Shown here: one piece after another, positions 17,909 through 31,379 of the stretch
Layout of the letters: each line of letters begins with the position of its first letter
Numbering within the stretch: position 1 is the first letter of the stretch
Assembly (NCBI RefSeq): GCF_004353825.1
Contig: NZ_SMNA01000008.1
Location: forward strand, 186,001-220,990
Origin: Occultella glacieicola
GTDB taxonomy: Bacteria > Actinomycetota > Actinomycetes > Actinomycetales > Beutenbergiaceae
DNA length: 34,990 nt
Direction: 5' to 3'
Translations under genes and position numbers: made by a program
Notes under the pieces: model-generated
Told to the model about the DNA's origin: nothing
What the model saw: only the letters and a program-made list of their open reading frames with translations
Database searches by the model: none

Positions 17909-19811
17909 CGCACCCGCGCGCCCCGGCACCCGCCGCCTCAACCTCGGCGTCCTGGCCCATGTCGATGCCGGCAAGACCAGCCTGACCGAGGCCCTGTTGC
18001 ACGCCGGCGGCGCGATCGACCGGATCGGCGGGGTGGACGCCGGCACGACCCAGACCGACACCCTCGCCCTGGAGCGGCAGCGAGGTATCACGATCCGCTC
18101 CGCGGTGGCGTCGTTCCGGGTCGGCGACATCGGCGTCAACCTGGTGGACACGCCCGGTCACCCGGACTTCATCGCCGAGGTCGACAGGTCGCTGGCGGTC
18201 CTGGACGGTGCCGTCCTGGTCCTGTCCGCCGTCGAGGGGGTGCAGGCCCAGACCGTGGTGCTGTACCGGGCGCTGCGGCGCCTCGAGGTTCCACTCGTGC
18301 TGTTCGTGAACAAGATCGACCGGTCCGGGGCAGCGCCGGAGCGGGTGCTCGACGAGATCCGGTACCGGCTGAACCCGGCGGCGGTCCCGCTCAACCGCGC
18401 GCTCGGTGCCGGCGCTCCCGTGGCGCGTGCCCAACCGCTGGCCTGGAGCGAGCCGGCCGTGGCCGAGGACCTGACGGCGCAACTCGCCTCCCACGACGAC
18501 GGACTGCTCGCCGAGTGGCTCGCCGGACCGGTCCGGGCGCGGCGACTGCGCTCCAGTCTGGAGCGGTCGACCCGGGCCGGCGCCGTCCACCCGGTCCTGT
18601 TCGGCTCGGCCCGAACCGGTGCCGGCCTCACCCAGCTGATCGACACGGTGACCCGCCTGCTCACGCCACCCGCCGGCGACGAGACCGCCGCCGTGTCCGC
18701 GCAGGTCTTCAAGGTCGAACGCCCCACCTCCGGCGGACGGCACGCCACGCTCCGGATGCGTTCCGGCGTGCTGCGCCTACGGGACCGGGTGCCGCTGGGC
18801 GGTGGCCGGACCGCGACCGTCACCGGCCTCGAGGTCTTCGAGCCGGGCGGCCCCGTGCGGCGTGCCCGGGCCGCGCCCGGGCAGATCGCCAGGGTTCGCG
18901 GACTGGACACGGTGCAGATCGGTGACTGGCTCGGCTCCGAACCCGCGTCGTGCGCGGCAGCCGACCTGCCGAGGCCGGGCTTCGAGACGCGGGTGGTGGC
19001 CCGTGATCCCGCCGAACAGGAGGGCCTGCGCCGGGCGCTGACGGAACTGGCCGACATCGACCCGTTGATCGCGATCCGGCCGGATCGGGGCGCCGTGCGG
19101 ATCAGCACCTACGGCGAGGTGCAGCAGCAGGTCCTGGCCCAGACCCTGGCCGCCGAGTTCGGCATCGACGCAGACTTCCGGGGGACCACGGTGGCCTGCG
19201 TCGAGCGACCGTCGCGCACCGGTGCCGCCGTGCGGCGGATGGGTGATCCCGGCCACCTGCTGAACTACACGCTCGCGGTCCGCATCGAGCCGGCACCACC
19301 GGGCAGCGGCATCGACCTGGCCGTCGAGGCGCCACGCACCGGCGTGCCCCTGCACGTCTACTCCACCCTCGAGGGTTACCGGTCGGCGATGCTCGGCTAC
19401 CTCACCGATCCGCTCGCCTCCGGGCCGCACGGCTGGCCGGTGACGGACGTCAGGGTGATCGTGACCGAGAGCAACTACCCGCCGGCCGGCCCGCGTGCCT
19501 CCGAGGTGCGGCACACGACCGGGGAGGTGGTGCGCGAAGCCGTACAGCGGGCGGGCACGACGGTCTGCGAACCGGTCGACCACTTCACGGTCGAAGCACC
19601 GGCGCAGACGCTTGCCGCGGTCCTCGGCCTGCTCGCCCGCCACGGCGCCACCATGGACGGCATGGACGCCACGGACGAGAGGAACCGGTTGGCGGTGGTG
19701 TCCGGGACGATCCGGACGGCCGCGGTCGGGGCGGTGCGGGCCGGTCTGAATGCCGCCACGAACGGGCAGGGCGTCCTGGAATGCGACCCGGACCACTTCG
19801 CGCCCCGGTAG
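17874..19811 (+). CDS. TetM/TetO/OtrA-like ribosome-protection-family translational GTPase
   Basis: [78 protein letters not shown]; 645 aa; SD GGAG. Confidence 0.88.
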   Translation: MERPRPSRPTPDAPARPGTRRLNLGVLAHVDAGKTSLTEALLHAGGAIDRIGGVDAGTTQTDTLALERQRGITIRSAVASFRVGDIGVNLVDTPGHPDFIAEVDRSLAVLDGAVLVLSAVEGVQAQTVVLYRALRRLEVPLVLFVNKIDRSGAAPERVLDEIRYRLNPAAVPLNRALGAGAPVARAQPLAWSEPAVAEDLTAQLASHDDGLLAEWLAGPVRARRLRSSLERSTRAGAVHPVLFGSARTGAGLTQLIDTVTRLLTPPAGDETAAVSAQVFKVERPTSGGRHATLRMRSGVLRLRDRVPLGGGRTATVTGLEVFEPGGPVRRARAAPGQIARVRGLDTVQIGDWLGSEPASCAAADLPRPGFETRVVARDPAEQEGLRRALTELADIDPLIAIRPDRGAVRISTYGEVQQQVLAQTLAAEFGIDADFRGTTVACVERPSRTGAAVRRMGDPGHLLNYTLAVRIEPAPPGSGIDLAVEAPRTGVPLHVYSTLEGYRSAMLGYLTDPLASGPHGWPVTDVRVIVTESNYPPAGPRASEVRHTTGEVVREAVQRAGTTVCEPVDHFTVEAPAQTLAAVLGLLARHGATMDGMDATDERNRLAVVSGTIRTAAVGAVRAGLNAATNGQGVLECDPDHFAPR

Positions 19812-19820
19812 GTCGCGGGC

Positions 19821-19854
19821 TGGACACCCATCCCACCGACTGTATAGTTATGCA
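19821..19854 (+). promoter_or_regulatory. arg operon promoter with ARG box (ArgR operator)
   Basis: -35 TGGACA (19821-26) and -10 TATAGT (19843-48). The near-palindrome TGTATAGTTATGCA (19841-54) matches the actinobacterial TGCATA-N2-TATGCA ARG box. Confidence 0.82.
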
Positions 19855-19855
19855 C

Positions 19856-20914
19856 ATGCCTGTATCAGTCGCGATCGCCGGCGCCAGCGGCTACGCCGGG
19901 GGTGAGGTCCTACGCCTGCTGCTGGGGCACCCCGAGGTGACCGTCGGCGCGCTCACCGCCCACCGGAGCGCCGGTGACCTCGTCGGCACCCACCACCCGC
20001 ATCTGCGTGCCCTGGCCGACCGGCGGTTCGTCGAGACCACCGCCGAGAACCTGCTCGGCCACGACGTCGTGGTCCTGGCCCTGCCGCACGGTGCCTCCGG
20101 CGAGATCGCGGCCGCACTCGCGGCGGCGGGCTCCGACGCGCTCGTGCTGGACTGCGGCGCCGACCACCGACTCGTGGACGCGGAGGACTGGCAGGCGTTC
20201 TACGGTTCGCCCCACGCCGGGACCTGGCCGTACGGTCTGCCCGAGCTGGTGCTCGCCGACGCCGGCACCCGCCAGCGTGAGGTACTGCGCTCGGCCCGGC
20301 GGATCGCCGTGCCCGGCTGCAACGTCACCGCCGTCACCCTGGGCATCCAGCCAGGTATCGCGACCGGGGTGGTGGAGGCGACCGACCTGGTCGCGGTCCT
20401 CGCGAACGGATACTCCGGCGCCGGCAAGGCGGCCAAGACCCACCTGATCGCCTCGGAGGCGCTCGGCTCCGCGGTGCCCTACGCCGTCGGCGGCACGCAC
20501 CGGCACATCCCCGAGATCGAGCAGAACCTGCGGGCGGCCGGTGCGGAGTACGTCCGGCTCTCCTTCACGCCCACGCTCGTGCCGATGGCCCGGGGCATCC
20601 TCGCCACCACGACGGCGCGCCTCACCGACGGCATCGACCCCGCCACGGTCAGGGCGGCCTGGGAGACCTACTACGCGGACGAGCCGTTCGTGCACCTGCT
20701 GCCCGAGGGCCAGTGGCCCACCACGGCCGCGACCCTGGGCGCGAACACCGCCCTGGTCCAGGTCGCGGTGGACGCCCGGGCCGGCCGGGTGGTGTCCGTC
20801 TGTGCGATCGACAACCTGGTCAAGGGCACCGCCGGCGGCGCCGTCCAGTCGATGAACCTGGCCCTCGGGCTGCCCGAGACCACCGGCCTGCCGACGAACG
20901 GAGTCGCCCCGTGA
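19856..20914 (+). CDS. argC: N-acetyl-gamma-glutamyl-phosphate reductase
   Basis: [55 protein letters not shown]. Confidence 0.98.
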   Translation: MPVSVAIAGASGYAGGEVLRLLLGHPEVTVGALTAHRSAGDLVGTHHPHLRALADRRFVETTAENLLGHDVVVLALPHGASGEIAAALAAAGSDALVLDCGADHRLVDAEDWQAFYGSPHAGTWPYGLPELVLADAGTRQREVLRSARRIAVPGCNVTAVTLGIQPGIATGVVEATDLVAVLANGYSGAGKAAKTHLIASEALGSAVPYAVGGTHRHIPEIEQNLRAAGAEYVRLSFTPTLVPMARGILATTTARLTDGIDPATVRAAWETYYADEPFVHLLPEGQWPTTAATLGANTALVQVAVDARAGRVVSVCAIDNLVKGTAGGAVQSMNLALGLPETTGLPTNGVAP

Positions 20915-22074
20915 GCATCACCGCACCCGCCGGGTTCCGCGCCGCCGGCGTCACCGCCGGCCTCAAGGCCTCCGGCAAGCCGGACCTCGCGCTGGTCGTC
21001 AACGACGGCCCGCAGCACGTCGGCGCCGCCGTGTTCACGTCCAACCGGGTGGTCGGGGCACCGGTCACCTGGTCGCGTCAGGTGGTCGCCGACGGCGTCG
21101 TGAACGCCGTCGTGCTGAACTCCGGCGGTGCGAACGTGGCCACCGGCCCCGAGGGGTTCGGCCACGCGCACGCCACGGCCGAGCGGGCGGCCGACCTGCT
21201 CGGCATCTCCGCCGCGGACGTCGTGGTGTGCTCGACCGGCCTGATCGGCGTGCCGCTCGCCGCGGACCGGCTGCTCGCCGGACTCGACGTGGCCGCCGCC
21301 GCGCTCGGCACCGACGGCGGGGAGGCCGCCGCCACCGCGATCATGACCACCGACACCGTCGCCAAGACCACCCACGTCCCCGGCGCCGGCTGGAGCGTCG
21401 GCGGGATGGCCAAGGGCGCGGGCATGCTCGCGCCGGCGCTCGCGACGATGCTCGTGGTGCTCACCACCGATGCCGTCGTCGACGCGGCCACCGCCGACGC
21501 CGCGCTGCGGGACGCGGTCGGCACCACCTTCGACCGGATCGACTCGGACGGCTGCATGTCCACCTCGGACACGGTCGTGCTGATGTCCTCCGGGGCCAGC
21601 GGCATCACCCCGACCCCCGAGGACTTCGCCGAGGCCGTCCGGTCGGCCTGCGCGACGCTGGCGCGTGCCCTGATCGCCGATGCCGAGGGCTCCACCCATG
21701 ACATCGCGGTCGAGGTGGTCGGGGCCACCGACACCGGCGCCGCGGTGGCCGTGGCCCGCGCGGTCACCCGGTCCAACCTCTTCAAGGCCGCCATGTTCGG
21801 CAACGACCCGAACTGGGGACGCATCATCGCCCAGGTCGGGACGGTGCCGGAGGACGTCGCCCCGTTCGATCCGGCCCGGCTGGACGTGAGCATCAACGGG
21901 CTGCTCATCTGCCGGGCCGGCGGAGCGCACGAGGACCCGGCGCAGCTCGACCTGGCCGCCGACCGCGAGGTCCACGTCCGGATCGACCTGCACGCGGGTG
22001 ACGCGGCGGCGACCGTCTGGACCAACGACCTCTCCCACGCCTACGTCCACGAGAACAGCGCCTACTCCACATGA
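20911..22074 (+). CDS. argJ: Bifunctional ornithine acetyltransferase / N-acetylglutamate synthase
   Basis: GTGA overlap; [51 protein letters not shown]. Confidence 0.98.
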   Translation: MSITAPAGFRAAGVTAGLKASGKPDLALVVNDGPQHVGAAVFTSNRVVGAPVTWSRQVVADGVVNAVVLNSGGANVATGPEGFGHAHATAERAADLLGISAADVVVCSTGLIGVPLAADRLLAGLDVAAAALGTDGGEAAATAIMTTDTVAKTTHVPGAGWSVGGMAKGAGMLAPALATMLVVLTTDAVVDAATADAALRDAVGTTFDRIDSDGCMSTSDTVVLMSSGASGITPTPEDFAEAVRSACATLARALIADAEGSTHDIAVEVVGATDTGAAVAVARAVTRSNLFKAAMFGNDPNWGRIIAQVGTVPEDVAPFDPARLDVSINGLLICRAGGAHEDPAQLDLAADREVHVRIDLHAGDAAATVWTNDLSHAYVHENSAYST

Positions 22075-23111
22075 GCGAGCCCATCCCCGAGCCGGCCCTG
22101 CCCGAACCGGCCCCGCCCGAGGCGACGCCCCCTCCCGAGGCGCCCCCCGCCGTCGACCCCTCGTTCGTCTTCAACACCGAGACGGACCTGTTCCCCCACC
22201 AGAAGGCGGAGGTGCTCGTCCAGGCTCTGCCGTGGCTGGAGGAGTTCGCCGGGGCGATCGTGGTCATCAAGTTCGGCGGCAACGCCATGGTCGACGCGAC
22301 CCTCGAGCGCGCCTTCGCCGACGACATCCGGTTCTTCCGCTACGCCGGGCTCAAGCCCGTCGTGGTGCACGGCGGCGGCCCCCAGATCTCGCGCATGCTC
22401 GCCCGGCTCGGGATCACCTCCGAGTTCCGCGGCGGCCTGCGGGTGACCACACCGGAGACCATGGACGTGGTGCGGATGGTGCTCACCGGCCAGGTCCAGC
22501 GCGACCTGGTCAGCCGGCTCAACGAGCGCGAGCCGCTCGCCGTCGGCCTGTCCGGCGAGGACGGCGGCCTGTTCCGCGCCGTGAAGCGGCCCGCGATGAT
22601 CGACGGCGAGCCCGTCGACGTCGGCCTGGTCGGGGATGTCGTCGAGGTGCGCCCGAAGGCCGTGCAGGACCTGCTCGACGCCGGCCGGATCCCGGTGGTC
22701 TCCACGATCGCGCCCGACGGCGAGCACCCCGGCGATGTCCTGAACGTGAACGCGGACACCGCCGCCGCCGCGCTCGCCACCGCGCTCGGGGCGCAGAAGC
22801 TCGTGGTGCTCACCGACGTGGAGGGGCTCTACGCCGCGTGGCCGGACCGGTCCTCGCTGATCCGCTCGATCGGCGCGGACGACCTCGAGGAGCTGCTGCC
22901 CGGCCTGGAGTCCGGGATGGTCCCGAAGATGGAGGCATGCCTGCGCGCGGTCCGCGGCGGTGTGCGCCAGGCCCACGTGATCGACGGCCGCCAGCCGCAC
23001 TCGCTGCTGCTGGAGATCTTCACGAACGAGGGGGTGGGCACGATGGTGCTGCCCGTCGCCGAGCGAAGCGAGAACGACGAGAACGACGAGGACGACGAGG
23101 ACACAGCATGA
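22071..23111 (+). CDS. argB: Acetylglutamate kinase
   Basis: [55 protein letters not shown]. Confidence 0.98.
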   Translation: MSEPIPEPALPEPAPPEATPPPEAPPAVDPSFVFNTETDLFPHQKAEVLVQALPWLEEFAGAIVVIKFGGNAMVDATLERAFADDIRFFRYAGLKPVVVHGGGPQISRMLARLGITSEFRGGLRVTTPETMDVVRMVLTGQVQRDLVSRLNEREPLAVGLSGEDGGLFRAVKRPAMIDGEPVDVGLVGDVVEVRPKAVQDLLDAGRIPVVSTIAPDGEHPGDVLNVNADTAAAALATALGAQKLVVLTDVEGLYAAWPDRSSLIRSIGADDLEELLPGLESGMVPKMEACLRAVRGGVRQAHVIDGRQPHSLLLEIFTNEGVGTMVLPVAERSENDENDEDDEDTA

Positions 23112-24367
23112 GTGAAGTGATCGAGGCCGCCACCGGTTCGCTGACCCAGGACGACTGGCGGCGCCGGTACGCGGGCGCGGTGATGAACACGTTCGGCCCG
23201 CCGCAGCGGGTGCTCGTGCGTGGTGAGGGTTGCTACGTGTGGGACGCGGACGGCAACCGCTTCCTCGACCTGCTCGCCGGCATCGCGGTGAACGCGCTCG
23301 GGCACGCCCACCCCACGCTCACCGGCGCGATCAGCGCGCAGCTCGGCACGCTCGGGCACATCTCGAACTTCTTCGCCTCGCCCACCCAGATCACGCTCGC
23401 CGAGCGCCTGCTCGGCCTCGTGGTCGACGGCGGCGCACCGGCGGGTGCGCGCGTGTTCTTCACGAACTCCGGCACCGAGGCGATGGAGGCGGCGTTCAAG
23501 CTCGCCCGCCGTCACGGCGGCCCCGGCCGGGACCGCATCCTCGCCCTCGACGGCGCGTTCCACGGCCGGTCCATGGGCGCGCTCGCGCTCACCGCGAAGC
23601 CCGCCTACCGGGAGCCGTTCGAGCCGCTGCCGGGCGGCGTGGAGCACCTGCCGTTCGGTGACCTCGCGGCCCTGGAGGCCGCATTCGCCGACGGCGGAGG
23701 GCGGGTCGCGGCGCTGATCGTCGAGCCGGTCCAGGGGGAGGCCGGGGTACGGCCGCTGCCCCCGGGGTACCTGGCCGCGGCGCGCGAGCTGACCTCCGCC
23801 AACGGAGCCCTGCTGATCCTCGACGAGGTGCAGTCCGGCATGGGCCGCACCGGCACCTGGATGGGCCACCACCTGCCGCACGTCGGCGGAGGGGTGGTCC
23901 CAGACGCGATCGCCCTGGCCAAGGGCCTCGGCGGCGGGTTCCCGATGGGCGCGCTCGTGGCCGTCTCCGAGGAGGCGGCCACCCTGCTCGCCCCCGGCCA
24001 GCACGGCACCACGTTCGGCGGGAACCCGGTGGCCGCCGCCGCCGCCCTGGCCACCATCCACGTGATCGAGCGCGACGGGCTGCTCGCGAACGCGACGACC
24101 GTGGGGCAGCACCTGCGCACCGAGATCGCGGCCCTCGACCACCCGCTCGTGACCGGGTGCCGCGGCGAGGGCCTGCTGATCGCGATCGAGCTCGCCGCAC
24201 CGGTGGCCCCGGCGGCCGCGACCGCCGCGCTCGCACACGGCTACATCGTCAACGCGGTGGCCCCGGACGCGATCCGGCTGGCCCCGCCGCTGATCCTGAC
24301 CACGACGCAGGCCGACGCCTTCGTGGCGGACCTGCCGACGATCCTCACGGAGGCGAACCCCGCATGA
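23108..24367 (+). CDS. argD: Acetylornithine aminotransferase
   Basis: ATGA overlap; [61 protein letters not shown]. Confidence 0.98.
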   Translation: MSEVIEAATGSLTQDDWRRRYAGAVMNTFGPPQRVLVRGEGCYVWDADGNRFLDLLAGIAVNALGHAHPTLTGAISAQLGTLGHISNFFASPTQITLAERLLGLVVDGGAPAGARVFFTNSGTEAMEAAFKLARRHGGPGRDRILALDGAFHGRSMGALALTAKPAYREPFEPLPGGVEHLPFGDLAALEAAFADGGGRVAALIVEPVQGEAGVRPLPPGYLAAARELTSANGALLILDEVQSGMGRTGTWMGHHLPHVGGGVVPDAIALAKGLGGGFPMGALVAVSEEAATLLAPGQHGTTFGGNPVAAAAALATIHVIERDGLLANATTVGQHLRTEIAALDHPLVTGCRGEGLLIAIELAAPVAPAAATAALAHGYIVNAVAPDAIRLAPPLILTTTQADAFVADLPTILTEANPA

Positions 24368-25319
24368 ACCAGCCCAGCACGCCCCGCCACTTCCTCGCCG
24401 ACGACGACCTGACCAGCGCCGAGCAGCGCGAGGTGCTGCAGCTCGCGCTCGCCACGAAGGCGGCCCGGCACGCGTTCCGGCCGCTGGCCGGGCCGCAGGC
24501 GGTCGCGATCATCTTCGACAAGCCGACCCTGCGCACCCAGGCGTCGTTCACCGCGGGCGTCGCCGAGCTCGGCGGCTACCCGATGCTCGTGGACGGCAAC
24601 CTCGCCCAGGTCGGCGTGCGGGAGTCCGTGCCGGACGTGGCCCGGGTGCTCGGCCGGATGACGTCGGCGATCGTGTGGCGCACGTTCGGCCAGGACCGGA
24701 TCGAGGCGATGGCCGCCCACGCCGGGGTGCCGGTCGTGAACGCGCTCACCGACGACTACCACCCGTGCCAGATCCTCGCCGACCTGCTCACCATCGCCGA
24801 GCACACCGGCGGCCTGTCCGCCTCCGGGCCGGCCCTGGCCGGGCGGACGTTCGCCTACGTCGGCGACGGCGCGAACAACATGGCCAACTCCTACCTGCTC
24901 GGCGGCGCGCTCGCCGGGCTGGACGTGCGTATCGGTGCCCCGGCCGATTACCACCCGCGCGCCGACATCGTGGCCCGGGCGCAGGCGATCGCGAGCGAGA
25001 CCGGCGGTGCCGTGACGATTAGTACGGACGCGGCCGAGGTGGTGCAGGGCGCGGACGCCGTCGCCACCGACACCTGGGTGTCGATGGGCCAGGAGGACGA
25101 GTCCGCGGCGCGCGAGGCCCCCTTCCGCCCCTACCAGCTGAACGACGACCTGCTCGGCCAGGCTGCGCCGTCGGCGATTGCGATGCACTGCCTGCCCGCC
25201 TACCGCGGCAAGGAGATCACCGACGAGGTGATGGAGGGTCCGCGGTCGGTCGTCTGGGACGAGGCCGAGAACCGGCTGCACGCGCAGAAGGCGATCCTGG
25301 CGTGGCTGGTGCAGCAGGG

Positions 25320-25323
<4 letters not shown>
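24364..25323 (+). CDS. argF: Ornithine carbamoyltransferase
   Basis: [46 protein letters not shown]. Confidence 0.97.
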
Positions 25324-29294
<3,971 letters not shown>

Positions 29295-29301
29295 GCCGAC
29301 C

Positions 29302-29928
29302 ATGAGCGACACCGCCCTCGACCTGACCCGGCGCAGTACTGCGCTCGCGACCGAGCTGCTCGGGGCCAGGATCACCTCCCGGGTCGGCGGGCAGGAGGTG
29401 ACCGTCCGGCTCGTCGAGGTCGAGGCCTACGAGGGCACCGACGACCCCGGATCGCACGCCTTCCGTGGCCCGACCCCGCGCAACGAGGTCATGTTCGGGC
29501 CGCCCGGTCGCCTCTACGTCTACCGACATCTCGGGCTGCACCACTGCGCCAATCTCGTCTGCGGTCCGGACGGCGTCGCCTCCGCGGTCCTGTTGCGTGC
29601 CGGTGAGGTGGTCGCCGGGACCGACGAGGCCCGACGGCGTCGGCTCGCCGCCGGCGTCTGCCGCACCGACCGGGATCTCGCCCGGGGCCCGGCGCGCCTG
29701 GCCGTCGCGCTCGGACTCACCCGTGAACACAACGCAGCCGTGGTCGCTCAGGCGCCGGACGCCGTCGGGCTCCTGAGCCTCGAACCCGGCCCACGGCCCG
29801 CCGCCGTGGCCAGCGGCGGCCGGGTCGGGGTCAGCGGCGCCGGCGGCGACGCCGCGCGGTTCGGCTGGCGGTACTGGATCGAGGGCGACCCGCACGTGTC
29901 CGCGTACCGGGCCGCCGGACGCCGTTAG
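29302..29928 (+). CDS. mpg: DNA-3-methyladenine glycosylase (MPG/AAG family)
   Basis: LVEVEAYEG.DDP.SHA, MFGPPGRLYVY, HHCAN.V, AVLLRAGE, LARGPARL, RVGVS. Confidence 0.95.
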   Translation: MSDTALDLTRRSTALATELLGARITSRVGGQEVTVRLVEVEAYEGTDDPGSHAFRGPTPRNEVMFGPPGRLYVYRHLGLHHCANLVCGPDGVASAVLLRAGEVVAGTDEARRRRLAAGVCRTDRDLARGPARLAVALGLTREHNAAVVAQAPDAVGLLSLEPGPRPAAVASGGRVGVSGAGGDAARFGWRYWIEGDPHVSAYRAAGRR

Positions 29929-29994
29929 GCTCGCTCTGGCCGGCAGGCCGCCGGCCCCGCATGCACCACCACCCCGAGAGGCAGAGAAGTAGAC

Positions 29995-31254
29995 GTGAAC
30001 GACATCCTCGACGAGCTGCGCTGGCGCGGTCTGATCGCCCAGTCCACCGATGAGTCGGCCCTGGCCGACGCGCTCGCGGCGGGGCCGGTCACCTACTACT
30101 GCGGTTTCGACCCGACGGCGCCGAGCCTGCACCACGGACACCTGGTCCAGTTGGTGCTGCTGCGGCACCTGCAACTGGCCGGCCACCGCGCCCTCGCGCT
30201 GGTCGGCGGCGCCACCGGGATGATCGGCGACCCGCGGATGTCCGGCGAACGGACCCTGAACGCCAAGGAGGTGGTGGCGGAGTGGACCGAACGACTGCGC
30301 AGCCAGATCTCCAGGTTCCTGGACTTCGAGGGCGACAACCCGGCGACCCTGGTGAACAACCTGGACTGGACCGCACCGCTGAGCGCGATCGACTTCCTCC
30401 GCGAGATCGGTAAGCACTACCGGCTCGGCACCATGCTCGCCAAGGACACCGTGGCCAGGCGGCTGAACAGCGACGAGGGCATCAGCTTCACGGAGTTCAG
30501 CTACCAGATCCTGCAGGGCATGGACTTCCTGGAGTTGCACCGCCGCTACGGTTGCACCCTGCAGACCGGCGGCAACGACCAGTGGGGCAACCTGCTCTCG
30601 GGAGTCGAGCTGATCCGCAAGTCCGACGGTGCCGCCGTGCACGTGCTCACCACCCCGCTGATCACGAAGGCCGACGGCACCAAGTTCGGCAAGAGCGAGG
30701 GCGGCGCGGTCTGGCTCGCGCCGGACATGATGAGCCCGTACGCGTTCTTCCAGTTCTGGCTGAACACCGACGACGCGGACGTGGTGGGCTACCTGAAGAT
30801 CTTCACGTTCGCCGACCGCGACCGCATCGGTGAGCTGGAGCGCGCGGTCGCCGAGGCGCCCCGGGCGCGCGAGGCCCAGCGGGTGCTCGCCCGCGAGGTG
30901 ACGACGCTGGTGCACGGCGCGGACGCCATGGCCCGGGTCGAGGCAGCCTCGGCGGCGCTGTTCGGCGGCGGCGACCTGTCGGGCCTCGACGCCGGTACCC
31001 TCGCCGACGCGGTGGCCGAGGTGCCCCGGGGGACCGTGGTGCCGGGGGAGTCCACGATCGTGGATGCCCTGGTGGCGACCGGGCTCGAGAAGGGCCGCAA
31101 CGCCGCCCGGCGCGTGGTCGGTGAGGGCGGTGCGTACCTGAACAACGTCAAGGTGGCCGACCCGGAGCAGGTGATCACCGAGGCCGACCTCCTCGCCGGC
31201 GGCGTGGCCCTGGTGCGCCGTGGCCGGCGCAACCTGGCGGTCGTCACCGCCTGA
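29995..31254 (+). CDS. tyrS: Tyrosine--tRNA ligase
   Basis: YCGFDPTAPSLHHGH, GGATGMIGDP, EFSYQILQG.D, GGNDQWGN, KFGKS, C-terminal S4 domain. Confidence 0.98.
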   Translation: MNDILDELRWRGLIAQSTDESALADALAAGPVTYYCGFDPTAPSLHHGHLVQLVLLRHLQLAGHRALALVGGATGMIGDPRMSGERTLNAKEVVAEWTERLRSQISRFLDFEGDNPATLVNNLDWTAPLSAIDFLREIGKHYRLGTMLAKDTVARRLNSDEGISFTEFSYQILQGMDFLELHRRYGCTLQTGGNDQWGNLLSGVELIRKSDGAAVHVLTTPLITKADGTKFGKSEGGAVWLAPDMMSPYAFFQFWLNTDDADVVGYLKIFTFADRDRIGELERAVAEAPRAREAQRVLAREVTTLVHGADAMARVEAASAALFGGGDLSGLDAGTLADAVAEVPRGTVVPGESTIVDALVATGLEKGRNAARRVVGEGGAYLNNVKVADPEQVITEADLLAGGVALVRRGRRNLAVVTA

Positions 31255-31379
31255 GCGGTTCGCGGCCGGTGGGCCCATCCCGGTGGCACCAGCTGCCGCG
31301 ATCGGAAGTCTGCCCGAACGGCCCTGGTGGGCCGACGGCGCGGCGCCCATAATGCTCGGGTGATCGAGAGGGCGCACCC

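Noticed and set aside
21998..23107. Apparent 789-aa ArgD with a long N-terminal extension
   Set aside because: The extension is an alternate frame over argB; the ATGA overlap and SD place the start at 23108.
29929..29994. T-box leader upstream of tyrS
   Set aside because: Only 66 nt of intergenic space and no T-box consensus.
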